Shown: positions 1-10,999 of the stretch, in pieces
How the letters are laid out: each line of letters starts with the position of its first letter
How positions within the stretch are numbered: the first letter of the stretch is position 1
NCBI GenBank assembly: GCA_965231145.1
Contig: OZ246420.1
Coordinates: 210,001 to 242,000 of the forward strand
DNA from: Candidatus Saccharimonadota bacterium
GTDB taxonomy: Bacteria; Patescibacteriota; Gracilibacteria; Absconditabacterales; Absconditicoccaceae
Reading direction: 5' to 3'
Length of the DNA: 32,000 nucleotides
The notes under the pieces: generated by a model
Told to the model about the DNA's origin: nothing
Database searches by the model: none
What the model saw: the letters and a program-made list of their open reading frames with translations, nothing else
Program-made: the position numbers and the translations under genes

Positions 1-1592
1 GTCTTACCGAACTTATGCAATCATCAGACCTTGCAAATATGCTCAATCTGAAGGAGAGATGACCTTATATCTTCGATGAAGATGGAAGAGTAACCACGGT
101 AAATAAGGTTTCAACGAAGAAAGAATATGCAGAAGATGCAGCAGGCGCTCAAGAATATATGAAAGATCAGAGTAAGAAGATGCTTGAAGATATAGATGCT
201 TCATTTAAGGAATATGCAAGTAGAATAGAAGCCAGCTATGAAGCTAATCAAGATGCGCTTTCTGGCATGACTCCTGCAGATGCAGACTATAACAAAGTGC
301 AGAAGGAGATCGCGAATATTGCTGTTCGTCAACAGACGCTTGCTGGTAAGCAGACTATTACCAATGAGATGCTCACTGCTATGCAGGCATTTCTACGTAA
401 TGCAGATGCAAATGCGTTTAATACTGAAATAAAGCGTATTCATGCCGCCATAAGAAAAGAAAAGGAAAAAAGCGATAAGGCTATTTCTGATGCTCAAAAA
501 ATTATTAAGGCACAAGAAACAATAAAAGCAACATCGAAAAAATCTCTTGATGAAGTAAATGCTAAGCTTGCAAAGCTCAATCCTACCGATAAGGGCTATG
601 CTACATTAACTGCTGAAAGACTTACTGCGGAGACAGAGAGAAATAATACAAGAGCAGTTTTGAGAAATGCTGAAGATGCGATCCTAACAAGTGTTTCAGC
701 AAAACAAAAACTTGAAAGAAAGAGAGATAGCAAAGAACAAGAAGTGAAAGAGTTAAAGAAGAAGGCGGAAAGAAAGATAGAGTACAATGATGTTATGGAT
801 AAGTTAAGTGAGATTGATAAGGATTTGGCTAAGAAAAGAGCAGAACTTGCTAATGTGAGATCTGCAGAAAGAAATGACAATGCAGGATATAATAACAATA
901 AAAATAAGGGTAAAAATCAAACTTCTCCAGAAGTTGCTACTCTTACCAAGGCTATCAATGATCTCGAAGCGCAAGAGAGAAGACTACAAAATATCGCATA
1001 CAATGGACTAGCTATCGCAGATGCAGATTATGAAACAGATCTCAAGGCTGCGCAAATAGAGCTCACTGATTTTGAAGATCAAATCACTGACAATGAAACT
1101 CAGCATAAGCAACTCATTAAAGATAAAGATGCTGCTCAGGATGCCTACGACAAAGCTGTTCAGGAACTTGCGAAGATAGATGCTCAGCTTACATCGAAGA
1201 TGTCAGGAGACAAGGGCTATGCAGAACTTATTGCAGATAGAGCTATCCATGAAGCTGCAATTTCTACTGCAGATGCTACTATCTCTACTCAGCAAAAAAT
1301 TATAGACAAAGAAGCTCAGGCTTGAGTAGTTCATTCTGACTTCTATAGAATGTCTACCAGAATGGAAGGATTTGCAAAGAATGCAAAACACAATGTAGAT
1401 ACCAATCTTATTGCAGATCCAGCAACATATATGAAAGAAATCCAAAAACTTCTCGCTGATTTCAATGGTTACATTATTAGTAAGAAGGCAGCTTGATCAT
1501 CAACAGATAAGATTGATCGTATTAAAGCGATTGTTAGCAGAACAGATATAGATGAACAGGTAAAGGCAGATCTTATAGCCAATCTGAAATAA
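1..1592 (+). CDS. Large coiled-coil protein of unknown function; 5' end lies outside the window
   Basis: ORF-track piece 159..1325 continues in the same frame (codons start at multiples of 3) upstream to the window edge and downstream to TAA 1590-1592. It is interrupted only by TGA at 60-62, 1323-1325 and 1494-1496. The protein is Lys/Glu/Ala/Gln-rich with heptad-like composition. It has an internal duplication: ADADY motifs (DNA 276-290 and 1017-1031) and DKGYA motifs (DNA 588-601 and 1209-1222). Confidence 0.7.
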
Positions 1593-1619
1593 TACATTTA
1601 CTTATCTTTCCATAAGACT

Positions 1620-2699
1620 ATGTCTCTTTGGCGTCGTAATACTACACCACCAGCACTTCCATGAGGAACTCCTAACGGACCTTCTAGAGGAAGACAAGCC
1701 CGAAATAACGTAAAAATGAAAACATCCAATGCTATTGGATCTGTTTTCAATGCTGGGAAAAAAGCTGGGAAAGCAGTTGTGCAGACGGGAAAAGATGTTG
1801 GTAATCGAACAGGAGAAAAATTGACAGATTATAAAAATAAAGATAAAACACGAACTAATGAAGAGCTTGACGCGTATTTGCAGGCTCAGCGTTTAATTAT
1901 AGAAACATATCCTCAGCATGTTACCTTTGAACCTCTCAGATCTCATGGCGTGCTTCAAGGATTTGAATCCAATCAACTTCCTTACAGTTTGCATATTGTT
2001 GATCAGATTAAGGAAGGAACTGACATCTACTATGTAGTCCAACAGGTTGATAAAGTAACTTGAAAGAAAGGTAAATATGCTTTTGTAAATCAGCAAGGCA
2101 TGAGTCTTACTTTACAGAGCGCAACTCATGGTACGATATGACCATTGTTTTTTCATGATTATGAATTTGTAGATCAGCAACATGTAAGAGTGCAGTGATC
2201 TCCAAGTGGGCCATATGAAACAGCAGCTCTTGATCTTTCATCTGTGCCAGCTGCACCAGTGCCAAGTTCATATCAGACTGCTGTAGCACAAGGTATCTAC
2301 AATAAGAACTTTCCAGAGAATCAGGTGTTTATTGTGAAGTACAGAACTCTTATGAGGCAACTCAATACTTTCTTAGGCAATGATATACTTACTGTTACAT
2401 CAAATCTGACTCCCCAGCAAAGGAGAAATCTTGATATTGATGCCGAGCCTTATTTTGTACAATGGAGGACTTTGCTAGATGAATTTACAACTACTAATGG
2501 GGGATTTTATCGCGATCTTGTCGGCTACTATCCTAGCAAACATCAACAATTTGATTATTATAAGAACTATATGGAAACTATGTGGACAAGAAGAACTGAG
2601 CTAAGGAAGAATAGTGATATTGCGAGAGCTGTTTATATCAATAGTATACAGGCGCAGTTCAAAAATATGTTTCACGCTCTCACAGGAGAAAGACTCTAA
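1620..2699 (+). CDS. Hypothetical protein (359 aa) with a basic Gly/Pro-rich N-terminus
   Basis: ATG 1620 to TAA 2697-2699. It joins ORF-track pieces 1716..2063 and 2244..2699 (same frame) through TGA at 1662-1664, 2061-2063, 2139-2141 and 2196-2198. I recognise no motif. Confidence 0.6.
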
Positions 2700-2723
2700 T
2701 ATATTTACCTAGCTATAACTACC

Positions 2724-3623
2724 ATGGCAAAAAACGTTCCACTTTGACCGAAAGAAAATACAGCTGATGCAGCTGCTTCTAAAGGAGCTAAGATCGTAGA
2801 ACTCGCTCAAAAAGAGATGGTTGATAATTTGAAGCAACAAGAAAAAGTGGAGAAAGGTGAAATTAAGGCTTTAGAAAAAGAGAAGGTCTCTGTAGATGCA
2901 GATCTCGATGCCCAAATTGCTAAAAAGAAGGCTCATCTTATTGAACTTTCAAAGATGGAAGATCAAGTTGTCGCAGAGATGAAGGAAGATAAGAAGCCGT
3001 CAGCAAAGAAAGAAAAAAAATGGGATTTCAATCCGCTCAATTGGGTGAGACATATAGGAACAAGAGCGCTTTCTGGTATCGGAGGATTTCCATACAGACT
3101 CGGTGCAAAGATACAACATATTGTGGCAAGACCTCAGCAATTATGGAGTAAACAGTTTTATAAGGATATTGGAAAAAATATTCTGAAGACTCCTAAGGCA
3201 ATGCTTACTACTATTACTGGGGCGCTTTATAAGCCACATCGTGATAGCGTGAAGTTTGAAGATAGTTTTAAGGACTATGGTCCTGAATTTGCCAATCCTA
3301 CCGATAAGAGCAAGGTGGTAAGATTTGGAAAGAAGGCGCTTTGGACAGCTGGTAAAGTTGCAGCGCCTCTTGGAGGAGGAGTATTTGCTTTGGCTCCTAA
3401 GTTCTTTGCCAATATTGGAAGAGGTATGAAACATGTTGTTCACGAGGCTCTTGAAGGTGTAAGAGATTCGAAATTTCACTGGAATCCTATGAAATGGAAC
3501 CTTAAGTCGTGGAAGTTTACTAAGACAAAAGAAGCATTTGGTAAAGCATTTTCATGGAATAAGAAAGGTACTCCGGCTGGCAAAACAGTGGAAATGCCAA
3601 AAGAGCATAAGAAAGCAGCTTAG
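2724..3623 (+). CDS. Hypothetical protein (299 aa): N-terminal coiled coil plus a Lys/Trp/Phe/Gly-rich C-terminal half
   Basis: ATG 2724 with TGA at 2745-2747, then ORF-track piece 2817..3623 in the same frame, ending TAG 3621-3623. A W-x-x-N-P-x-x-W motif occurs twice (WDFNPLNW and FHWNPMKW). A strong terminator follows. Confidence 0.6.
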
Positions 3624-3638
3624 TAGAGGCTTTCATTG

Positions 3639-3669
3639 AAAAAGTATAGCAGATCGCTATACTTTTTTT
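3639..3669 (+). terminator. Rho-independent terminator ending the 3-gene hypothetical operon
   Basis: Stem AGTATAGC (3643-3650) pairs with GCTATACT (3656-3663), loop AGATC, followed by T6 (3664-3669). Confidence 0.8.
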
Positions 3670-3688
3670 ATTAGTTCTGATAGACCCC

Positions 3689-4126
3689 ATGAGTGAATTC
3701 TCCGCTTTAGTCCAAAGCTATTATCAAAATCCTGTAAACAATCGCGCCATGCCAGACGCGACAATTTCTCGTCATGAAGGAAATTCACTCTGCTGAGACG
3801 ACCTCACAGTTTATCTCAAGATAAACGCTAATTCAGAATTCAAAATTCAGAATTCAAAATTAATTATTGAAGATCGAAGTTATGATGGTATGCCGAGCAT
3901 GATTACGCAGGCTGCAGCAAGTTTCTTTTCCGAATTAATTATTGGTAAGACTCTCGAAGAAGTATTACACATGAATGAGCATACGATGAAAGACAATGAT
4001 TTCATTGTCTCGCCAAGACGCAGAAGAGCGTCGGTAATTGCTATCCTTGCCACAAGGAATGCGATACATGCTTATCTGAAAGATGGCAAAGAGGATAGGT
4101 TTGAGGACTTACTTGTTGAGCAATAA
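3689..4126 (+). CDS. IscU/SufU/NifU-like Fe-S scaffold homolog, degenerate (only the first conserved Cys retained)
   Basis: ATG 3689 to TAA 4124-4126. The N-terminus reads YYQNPVNNRAM...GNSLC-G-DDLTVYLKI, where the Gly of the family C-G-D motif is TGA 3794-3796. The C-terminal part (ORF-track 3890..4126) resembles the scaffold helix region (ITQAAASFFSELIIGKTLEE). The positions of the 2nd and 3rd Cys read GMPSM and RRASV. Confidence 0.6.
3830..3864 (+). repeat. Tandem heptamer array AATTCAG AATTCAA AATTCAG AATTCAA AATTAAT inside the IscU-like ORF
   Basis: Read directly from the sequence. It is a 14-nt unit repeated 2.5 times, 7-nt phased, and contains two EcoRI-type GAATTC palindromes. It encodes NSEFKIQNSKLII, which looks like extra sequence relative to the usual CGD...GC spacing of the family. 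Confidence 0.85.
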
Positions 4127-4129
4127 AAA

Positions 4130-4150
4130 AACCTCAAATATTCTGAGGTT
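4130..4150. terminator. Hairpin between convergent genes; a good terminator for the minus-strand gene
   Basis: AACCTCA (4130-4136) pairs with TGAGGTT (4144-4150), 7-nt loop. The A-run at 4124-4131 becomes a U-run after the hairpin on the minus-strand transcript. There is no T-run on the plus side. Confidence 0.65.
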
Positions 4151-4655
4151 AGAGTTCTAATAAATTGTACACGATATTTCGTATTTTTTCGTTCTCCTTT
4201 ATCTTTCTTGCTATATTGTGAGCAAGTACGGTCTCTACATCAGAAAGAACCTCTTTAGGAGTAAAAAATAAATACTTTTCTAGTTTCTCCCTTAAAACAG
4301 TAGGATTGTTATACGCATCTAACACTTCCTTCAGTAATGGATTATTATGACTTGCTACGGCAAATAATTTCATTCTAAGCTCTTCATTTATTATTTGTCC
4401 ATCTTCTGTAGTAGCAGATATAATGCTTGTAATGCTAAGAAAGGAAGAGTATGAAATTATTGGAAAACAAGATAATAATTTTGTTGCAGACGCAGCCCCT
4501 AAACATGCATTCGCTTTCTCAAAGGACAAGATATAAGATGATTTTACTCCGGTTTTTTTAGTTACATCTTGATAAGCATAGTTGTGTGTTTCGCGTATTT
4601 TACGAAACAGTTCGCCCAGAGCTACTCCTAAAGGATGCTTTTCTTTGTTTTTCAT
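4149..4655 (-). CDS. Hypothetical protein with a possible XRE-like helix-turn-helix N-terminus
   Basis: Uninterrupted 168-aa ORF ending TAA (4149-4151). The N-terminal LGELFRKIRETHNYAYQDVTKKTGVKSSYILSFEKA resembles the HTH_3/XRE pattern. The remainder is unrecognised. Confidence 0.45.
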   Translation of the reverse strand: MKNKEKHPLGVALGELFRKIRETHNYAYQDVTKKTGVKSSYILSFEKANACLGAASATKLLSCFPIISYSSFLSITSIISATTEDGQIINEELRMKLFAVASHNNPLLKEVLDAYNNPTVLREKLEKYLFFTPKEVLSDVETVLAHNIARKIKENEKIRNIVYNLLEL

Positions 4656-4730
4656 ATTTTTAGTTTGTTTTGTTTTGTTTATTGTAATTATAAAGCTAAA
4701 AAAGTCAACTTATGTGGACGTAGTTTAATA

Positions 4731-4759
4731 TTGCATTAATCCCGCTTCTTGACTATATA
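4731..4759 (+). promoter_or_regulatory. Candidate sigma70-like promoter for ileS
   Basis: TTGCAT (4731-4736), 17-nt spacer, TATATA (4754-4759), 31 nt upstream of ATG 4791. This rests on pattern match only. Confidence 0.3.
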
Positions 4760-4790
4760 TCTTATACTATTTACGTTTTTAAGAAAAATT

Positions 4791-7700
4791 ATGTCATTTA
4801 CACCACAGCAACCGAAGCCGAATCTGTACGAGATCGACCAACTAGTACTCAAATGATGGAAAGATAATCATATTTTTCAGAAATCTATTGAGCAGAGACC
4901 GGAGGATCAACCATATCGTTTTTACGATGGACCTCCGTTTATTACAGGGCTTCCTCACTATGGGCATCTTGCGGCTTCTATTGCGAAAGATGCAGTGCCA
5001 AGATATTGGACGATGAAAGGGAAAAGAGTAGACCGTGTCTGGGGATGGGACTGTCATGGTATTCCTATTGAACAAAAGGTGCAGTCAAAGCTTGGACTTG
5101 AGTCAAATGTGGATATCGAAAAGGTCGGTATTGAGCGCTTTATCGAAGAGTGTTATAATTATACTCGTGGTGTTTCTGCAGACTGGAACTACTATATCGA
5201 AAATATTGGGCGCTGGGTAGATATGGATAAGCCATATCGTACTATGGATAATGACTACATGGAATCTGTCTGGCGAGTGTTCAAATCTCTCTGGGAGAAG
5301 GGTCTTATCTATAAGGGTAAGCGTGTTTCTATGTACTCAACAAAGCTTGAGACACCAATCTCTAGCTTCGAAGTAGCTATGGACGATACGTACAACGACA
5401 TCAGTGATCCAACAGTAACCGTGATGTTTGATCTTTCTGCAAATGGAGATCAATGGAAAGATACGTATGTGCTTGCATGGACGACAACGCCGTGGACGAT
5501 CCCTACAAATATTGGGCTCGCTCTCAATAAAGATCTTTCATATGCTAAAGTCATTGCTGATGGTAGTACATTTATCGTTGCAGAGAAGAGAGTAGAAGAG
5601 ATATTTAAGGGTAGAGTATTTGAGATTGTTGAAACGTTTACAGGAGAAAAGCTTGTAGGGCTTTCATATAAACCGCCGTTTGATTACCTCTATGGTAAGA
5701 CAAACAATGACAAAGATCATAAGATCTATCATGCGGACTTCATTACAGATGAGGATGGTACAGGCATTGCTCATGAAGCACCTGAGTTTGGTGACGTAGA
5801 CTTCCAGCTTGCTCAGCAGGTTGGTATGACTATTACGGAAGCAATGGACAGTAGTGGACATTATACTTCGCTTCTTGCTGATATGCAGGGGATGTTCTAT
5901 CGTGATGCAAATCCAGTAGTTATGGAAAGGCTTCAGTCGATGGGAAGACTTTTTGCAAAAGGTAATATTACTCACCGTGTGGCATTCTGTCCAAGAACAA
6001 ATACGCCGCTTGTGTATAAAGCGCAAGACAGCTGGTTCGTCAATATCCAATCTCTCAAGCCAAGACTGATCGAAAAAAATGAAGAGATCAATTGGTATCC
6101 GGCTCACTTTAAACACGGACGTTTTCTGAAATCTATTGAATCAGCACCGGATCGGTGCATATCTCGTACGAGATATTGGGGTACGCCAATGCCTATCTAT
6201 GCGCCAGAAGAAGTAGTAAGATCGGGAAGCGTGAAGACAGATGATATGATCATTATCGGGTCAAGAGAAGAGCTCTATGAGTTAAGTAAAGAAGGAAGTA
6301 AGAATCTTGAAAAAAGAACAATTGATGGGAAAGAAGTCTATTGGAATATGACAAGAGACGCTGAGCTTGATATGCATCGCCCATATATCGATGATGTCTG
6401 GCTGATGAAAGATGGGAAGAAGTATGTTCGTATCCCTGAGGTGCTTGACTGCTGGGTAGAGTCTGCAAGTATGCCATATGCGCAGGTGCATTATCCATTT
6501 GAGAACAAGGAAAAATTTGAAGGACAGTTCCCGGCTGATTATATCGTAGAGTATACAGGTCAGATACGTGCATGGTTTTATGTGATGCATGTTTTAGGTG
6601 TCGCTCTCTTTGATAAGCCTGCTTTCCGTAACGTAAATGTAACATGAGTGCTTGCTGGAAATGATGGGCGTAAGATGTCGAAGTCATATGGAAACTATCC
6701 GGATCCAAGACTCTCATTTGAAAACTATGGAGGAGATGCCATCAGAATGTTTATGCTGACATCAAACCTTTTCTCTGCAGGAGATCCTGCAACATCAGAT
6801 GAGCTTTTCGCAGAGGCGCTGAGAGGTTATATTCTTCCTTTGTGGAATGCATTCTACTTCTTCGTGACGTACGCGAACATTGATAAGTGGGATAAGAGAG
6901 ATGAAGTATATGCTATTGAAAACATTGCTCATCCGCTTGATAGATTCTTATACGCGAAAGTACAAGAGCTTATCACTACTGTAGATGAGAGCATGCAGGC
7001 ATATGATCTTATGCGTTCATCTCGTGCACTTGGTTCATTCTTAGATGATCTCACTAACTGGTATATACGTCGTAGTAGAAGAAGATTCCGGAAAGAAGAG
7101 CATGATGCGGACAAAGATAATGCGTATGCAACGCTCTATTATGCCCTTGTCAACTTCTGTCAAGTTGCTGCTCCATTCATGCCTTTTGTGACTGAGTACA
7201 TGTATCAAATGCTTACAGGAAAAGAGTCTGTACATCTCACGGACTGGCCAGTAGCTCATTTACAGGAGAGTGATAAAGCACTTATTGCAAAAACAAAGCA
7301 GGCTCAGGATATTATCTCTATAGTTCTCGCTGCGCGTTCAAGAAAAACCATTCGTGTGCGTCAGCCATTACAGTCGATAACCATCGGTGTGGAAGTTGAT
7401 GAGTACTTCAAAGAGATCATCGCTGATGAGTGTAATGTGAAACAAGTTAACATAGATACATCTATAAACTCTCTGGTAACAAAGATCTGTAAGCCAGATG
7501 GTAAGTACGTCGGTGAGACCTTTGGAGCAAAGACCAAAGAAATCTTTGCTGCTGCTAAGTCAGGAAGCTTTAGCGAGAATGCAGATGGTAGTATTACTGT
7601 TGCATGAGAAACGCTTCCTGTATGAACATATGAAATAAGTTATATTAAGACAGATGCAAAAGAAGATATAGATGTTGATAACGGTATTGTGGTGAAAGCA

Positions 7701-7976
7701 GATTGGACTATTACGCCAGAGCTTGAGCTCGAAGGATATGCAAGAGATCTCGTAAGATTTATCCAAGATGGACGTAAAGAAGCTGATTACGATCTCGCTG
7801 ACAGAATTAAATTGAGTATCACAGGAGATCATCTTGCGCTCTCATTGATTGAAAAATTCAAAGAGTACATTCAAGATGAGACTCTGTCTACTATTGTCGA
7901 GATTATAGAAACTCCTGATCTTTCGAAAGAAACTCAGATAGGAGGACAAACTATTATCTTCAGTATCAAAAAATAA
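4791..7976 (+). CDS. ileS: Isoleucyl-tRNA synthetase, type 2 (1061 aa)
   Basis: Motifs seen: HYGH (4956-4967), WGWDCHGIP and KMSKS (6672-6686). ORF-track pieces 4995..6647, 6648..7607 and 7689..7976 share one frame. They are joined by TGA at 6645-6647, 7605-7607 and 7623-7625, with another TGA at 4854-4856. The gene ends TAA 7974-7976. Confidence 0.95.
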
Positions 7977-7996
7977 TTATGAAATTTCTTTATAAG

Positions 7997-8029
7997 AAAA
8001 ACTCCTCGCTATGCGCAGAGGAGTTTTTT
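7997..8029. terminator. Bidirectional rho-independent terminator (ileS on plus, DUF305 gene on minus)
   Basis: ACTCCTC (8001-8007) pairs with GAGGAGT (8018-8024). A-run upstream and T6 downstream (8024-8029). Confidence 0.8.
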
Positions 8030-8030
8030 G

Positions 8031-8588
8031 TTACTGAGTGTATTTCGGAAGAGCGTATAGCGTATCCATTTCAGAAGTTTGTACGCGTATGATGTTTTCT
8101 GCAAGTGCTTTTACTTCAGGATGCAGCTCAAGCTTGAGTGCCTGCTGCGCCATATCAATGGCGCCTTTATGATGGTCTAGCATACCCTGGATATATAAGT
8201 TATCACGTCAGATGCCTGTTGAACCTGTAAGAGAAGGCATCATGTTCATGTAGTTGCTTGAAGTTTGTTTGCCAGCATATCGCTGATCAAGCCGGCCTTT
8301 CATAAGGGCGATCTCCTGGGTTTGGCCGGAGATAATATTTGCTGTGAGCGTTTTGAGTTCCTCATTGGTTGTGCCTGAGAGCACGATAAGAGACGTATCT
8401 ATGGCTTCCTGATGATGTGGTATCATTTGGGTGAGAAAGTCTTGTTCTGAAGTGATAACTTGGTGATGCATAGTCATCTCAGGATTCTTTTTATGCTGTC
8501 AGAACATAAGATCATCCTTTTTTTTACCACATCCAGCAAGGGTGAGGGCTACTGCCATGACAGAAAGCACAACAAGAGTTTTTTTCAT
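8031..8588 (-). CDS. DUF305-family lipoprotein (two HH-containing repeats)
   Basis: ATG at 8588. The signal peptide MKKTLVVLSVMAVALTLAGC has a lipobox (LAGC). Two DUF305-like motifs are present, MIPHHQEAID and MLDHHKGAIDM. ORF-track piece 8208..8477 is extended through TGA at 8208-8210 and 8502-8504. The gene ends TAA (8031-8033). Confidence 0.75.
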
Positions 8589-8612
8589 AATATTTGCTTT
8601 ATGATCTAAAGA

Positions 8613-9179
8613 TTACTGCACTAGTATGTGTTGTGGGAGATTTGTATACGGTATATATATTCTGTCTTCATACGAAGGGCCCTTGAGGCCAAGAGCATCT
8701 GTAAGGATAAGCGTTCACCATGATCTTTCGATATAAAGATGCTGTGATTCCAATCCTATATCAACAAGATGCCATGTCGTCTCATTTGTTCATGTGACAG
8801 AAACTACCTCATGAAACCCTGCATCGATCTGTAATTGCATATCTCCTGTAGTAAGAGTAGATCCGCTTGCTGCCATCATCTCCTGGAATATCGTCGTCCG
8901 ATAAGCTCTAAAATAACTAGCATAGTCACCTGATCGCACTGTCACGATAAAGCAGGAATCATCATTTTCCCTCAGGCAAGTATGGGTATTTTTTGCTCAT
9001 GAGACAGCGACCATATGGCCCGAAGAAAGCGTAAAAGCTGCTCCTGAGAACGTCCAGACTGGCTTTGGTGCGATAATAATTCTTCACTCTTCGGGGGTTG
9101 GGACATTTATATCATAGGTGAAAACTATGAACAATGCTATCACTACTATTACGATGGCGGCCCAATACCGTTTTTTCAT
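8613..9179 (-). CDS. Hypothetical membrane-anchored protein (188 aa)
   Basis: ATG at 9179 gives the signal-anchor MKKRYWAAIVIVVIALFIVF. The frame stays open through four TGAs (including 9084-9086) to TAA (8613-8615). It lies 24 nt upstream of the DUF305 gene on the same strand. Confidence 0.55.
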
Positions 9180-9287
9180 GGAGAGAAAAGAAGGGGTAAA
9201 ACTATGTTCAATGTATCTAAATACTACCATAATACAAAGAATTTGCCATATATAAGCCGCATAATACTCATTTGTCAACCTCATTTT

Positions 9288-9316
9288 TTGCCTCTGTATA
9301 CACCGAAGAATATAAT
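9288..9316 (+). promoter_or_regulatory. Candidate promoter for the Na/Pi cotransporter gene
   Basis: TTGCCT (9288-9293), 17-nt spacer, perfect TATAAT (9311-9316), 27 nt upstream of ATG 9344. This argues against the TTG 9272 start used by the ORF track. Confidence 0.45.
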
Positions 9317-9343
9317 AAGATAGCTTTAATTTATAGCAAAAAC

Positions 9344-10999
9344 ATGCGGGGATTTCTTGCGGGCTTGGGCATCTTTCTTCTGGGGATAAAACTTATGGAA
9401 GAAACACTGATGCATGGTTCTATCGCGACTTTGAAGAGGATTTTGAAATCGTACACCAATACCATGCGAAAAGCGGTGGTATCTGGTACGATTGTTTCTA
9501 CGATAGCGCAAAGCAGCACGATAGTTTCAGTCATGACTGTAGCGTTCGTAGGCGCCGGAGTCATATCTCTGGCAAGTGGAGTAGGTGTGATTATCGGTGC
9601 GAACATTGGTTCGACAGTGCTTGGTCTCGTGCTGGGTAGTGTGGTTGGGGCCTCACTCAAACTATCTGCATTTGCTTTACCGATGATCGCTATAGGATGA
9701 GTAGGCGAGCTTTTCTTCAGGAAGAAGAAAACTATCTATCTTATCACGAAATCTCTCTTCTCTTTGTGACTTATTTTCTATGGAATTAGTCTTCTCAATG
9801 ATGTTGTTTCAGTCTATGCGTATAGCATCGATCTTGCGCAGTTTGGAGCGCGAGGCATCTTTGGATATGCCCTTATTGGAGTGCTTCTTACTGCGCTTAT
9901 GCATTCGAGCGATGCGATGCTTATCCTTGCATTGACGTTTCTTGCACAAGGTATTATTGGCTTTCCTGAGGCTATAGCGCTTATCATCGGTGCCAACCTA
10001 GGAACGACAATTAGCGCGATCGAAGCGTCTGTTTCAGGGAGTTCCGAACAAAAGCAAATTGCTCTGAGTCATTTCCTGTTCAATCTTATATCTGCGATCA
10101 TAGCGCTTCCTTTGCTCTATCCAAGTATTCATTTGCTTGATCGAATGTTTGAACTGCCTCGCCAAAATGTTATGGCGCTGGTGATCTATGATGTAATTTA
10201 CAATATCGCAGGAGCGATCTTGTTCTATCCATTTCTAGGTTATTTTGTTCAACTTTTAAAGCGTCTTGTCCCACAAAAGTGAGCTGATTTTGTCTTACAT
10301 AGTTCGCATATTGTCATAGGTGCACACCTGGAAAAAGCTATCTCGTCATTCACAGAAGATGTGATAACGCTCATGAAAAAGGTATATGTCTTCAATGCGA
10401 AGGCTTTGGCTATTGATACGAAAATACTGCAAGATAAGGATAGTTCACTCGAAACGAAATATGGAGCTATTAAAAAGATAGACAATGAAAACCTTGAGCA
10501 GGAGTACAATACCATCTCAACCATAGAGGAGTCGCTGATGCAGTTTGTTATGAAAATATTTCAAAAACATAAAGATCAATCTGCGCAGTATCATACGACG
10601 TTGTTTGTCCTTCGTGAAGCGATAGAGCGTATCGTCTATAGCGCCAAAACCCTGTGGGATAGTAAAGGGATCCTCGATGAACTTCGTGACAGTAAGATGT
10701 CGCTTATCGATGAATATCTCCGCCAGTTTACGAAGGAGATGATTGATTTTTATGTTGTGATCGGGGCATACCTTACTGCTACTGAAACTGATACACAAAG
10801 AAAACATCTCCAAAAATACTTCCAGGAACTTACTACTGCCGACGAACATTTCCTTAACGTCATTAGTGATACATTGCCCCAGGAAGTGCTTTCTAACCGT
10901 CAACTGGCAGCGCTGCTGCATCTGTCCCAAGCTCTTAACAGATCTCATAAGGCGATGCTTCATACAGTGAACTTACTCTATCCAGGGAGAACAAAATAA
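9344..10999 (+). CDS. Na+/phosphate cotransporter (NptA/YjbB-like) with a C-terminal PhoU-like domain
   Basis: GLGIFLLGIKLMEETL and the second-repeat IIGANLGTT motifs are typical of Na/Pi cotransporter family repeats. Pieces 9272..9700, 9881..10282 and 10361..10999 share one frame, joined by TGA at 9698-9700, 9767-9769 and 10280-10282. The helical tail resembles PhoU. The gene ends TAA 10997-10999. Confidence 0.8.

Noticed and set aside
3830-3864. Two GAATTC sites in the heptamer array as a restriction-modification signal.
   Set aside because: The sites are a by-product of the AATTCAn repeat unit, and no R-M genes are nearby.
4656-4790. T-box or other leader riboswitch upstream of ileS.
   Set aside because: The spacer is only about 135 nt and is shared with a divergent gene. 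I see no T-box consensus (AGGGTGGNACCGCG-like) and no terminator/antiterminator pair. The TTTTG pentamer run at 4661-4690 is simple low complexity.
4995-7976. ileS (and likewise infB, cca, the protease, the transporter and others) appearing as 2-4 adjacent ORFs could mean pseudogenes, frameshifts or sequencing errors.
   Set aside because: All pieces of each gene are in the same frame, so no frameshift is needed. The only interruptions are TGA, which coincide with conserved Gly. The pattern affects essentially every gene, so recoding explains it and decay does not.
9272-9343. TTG start at 9272 for the Na/Pi transporter and TTG start at 23946 for lspA, as used by the ORF track.
   Set aside because: A TTGCCT-17-TATAAT promoter (9288-9316) would lie inside the 9272 extension, and ATG 9344 begins directly at the conserved GLGIFLLG region. 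The 23946 TTG overlaps the divergent mscL start codon, and ATG 23985 gives a normal LspA N-terminus. This is not proven.
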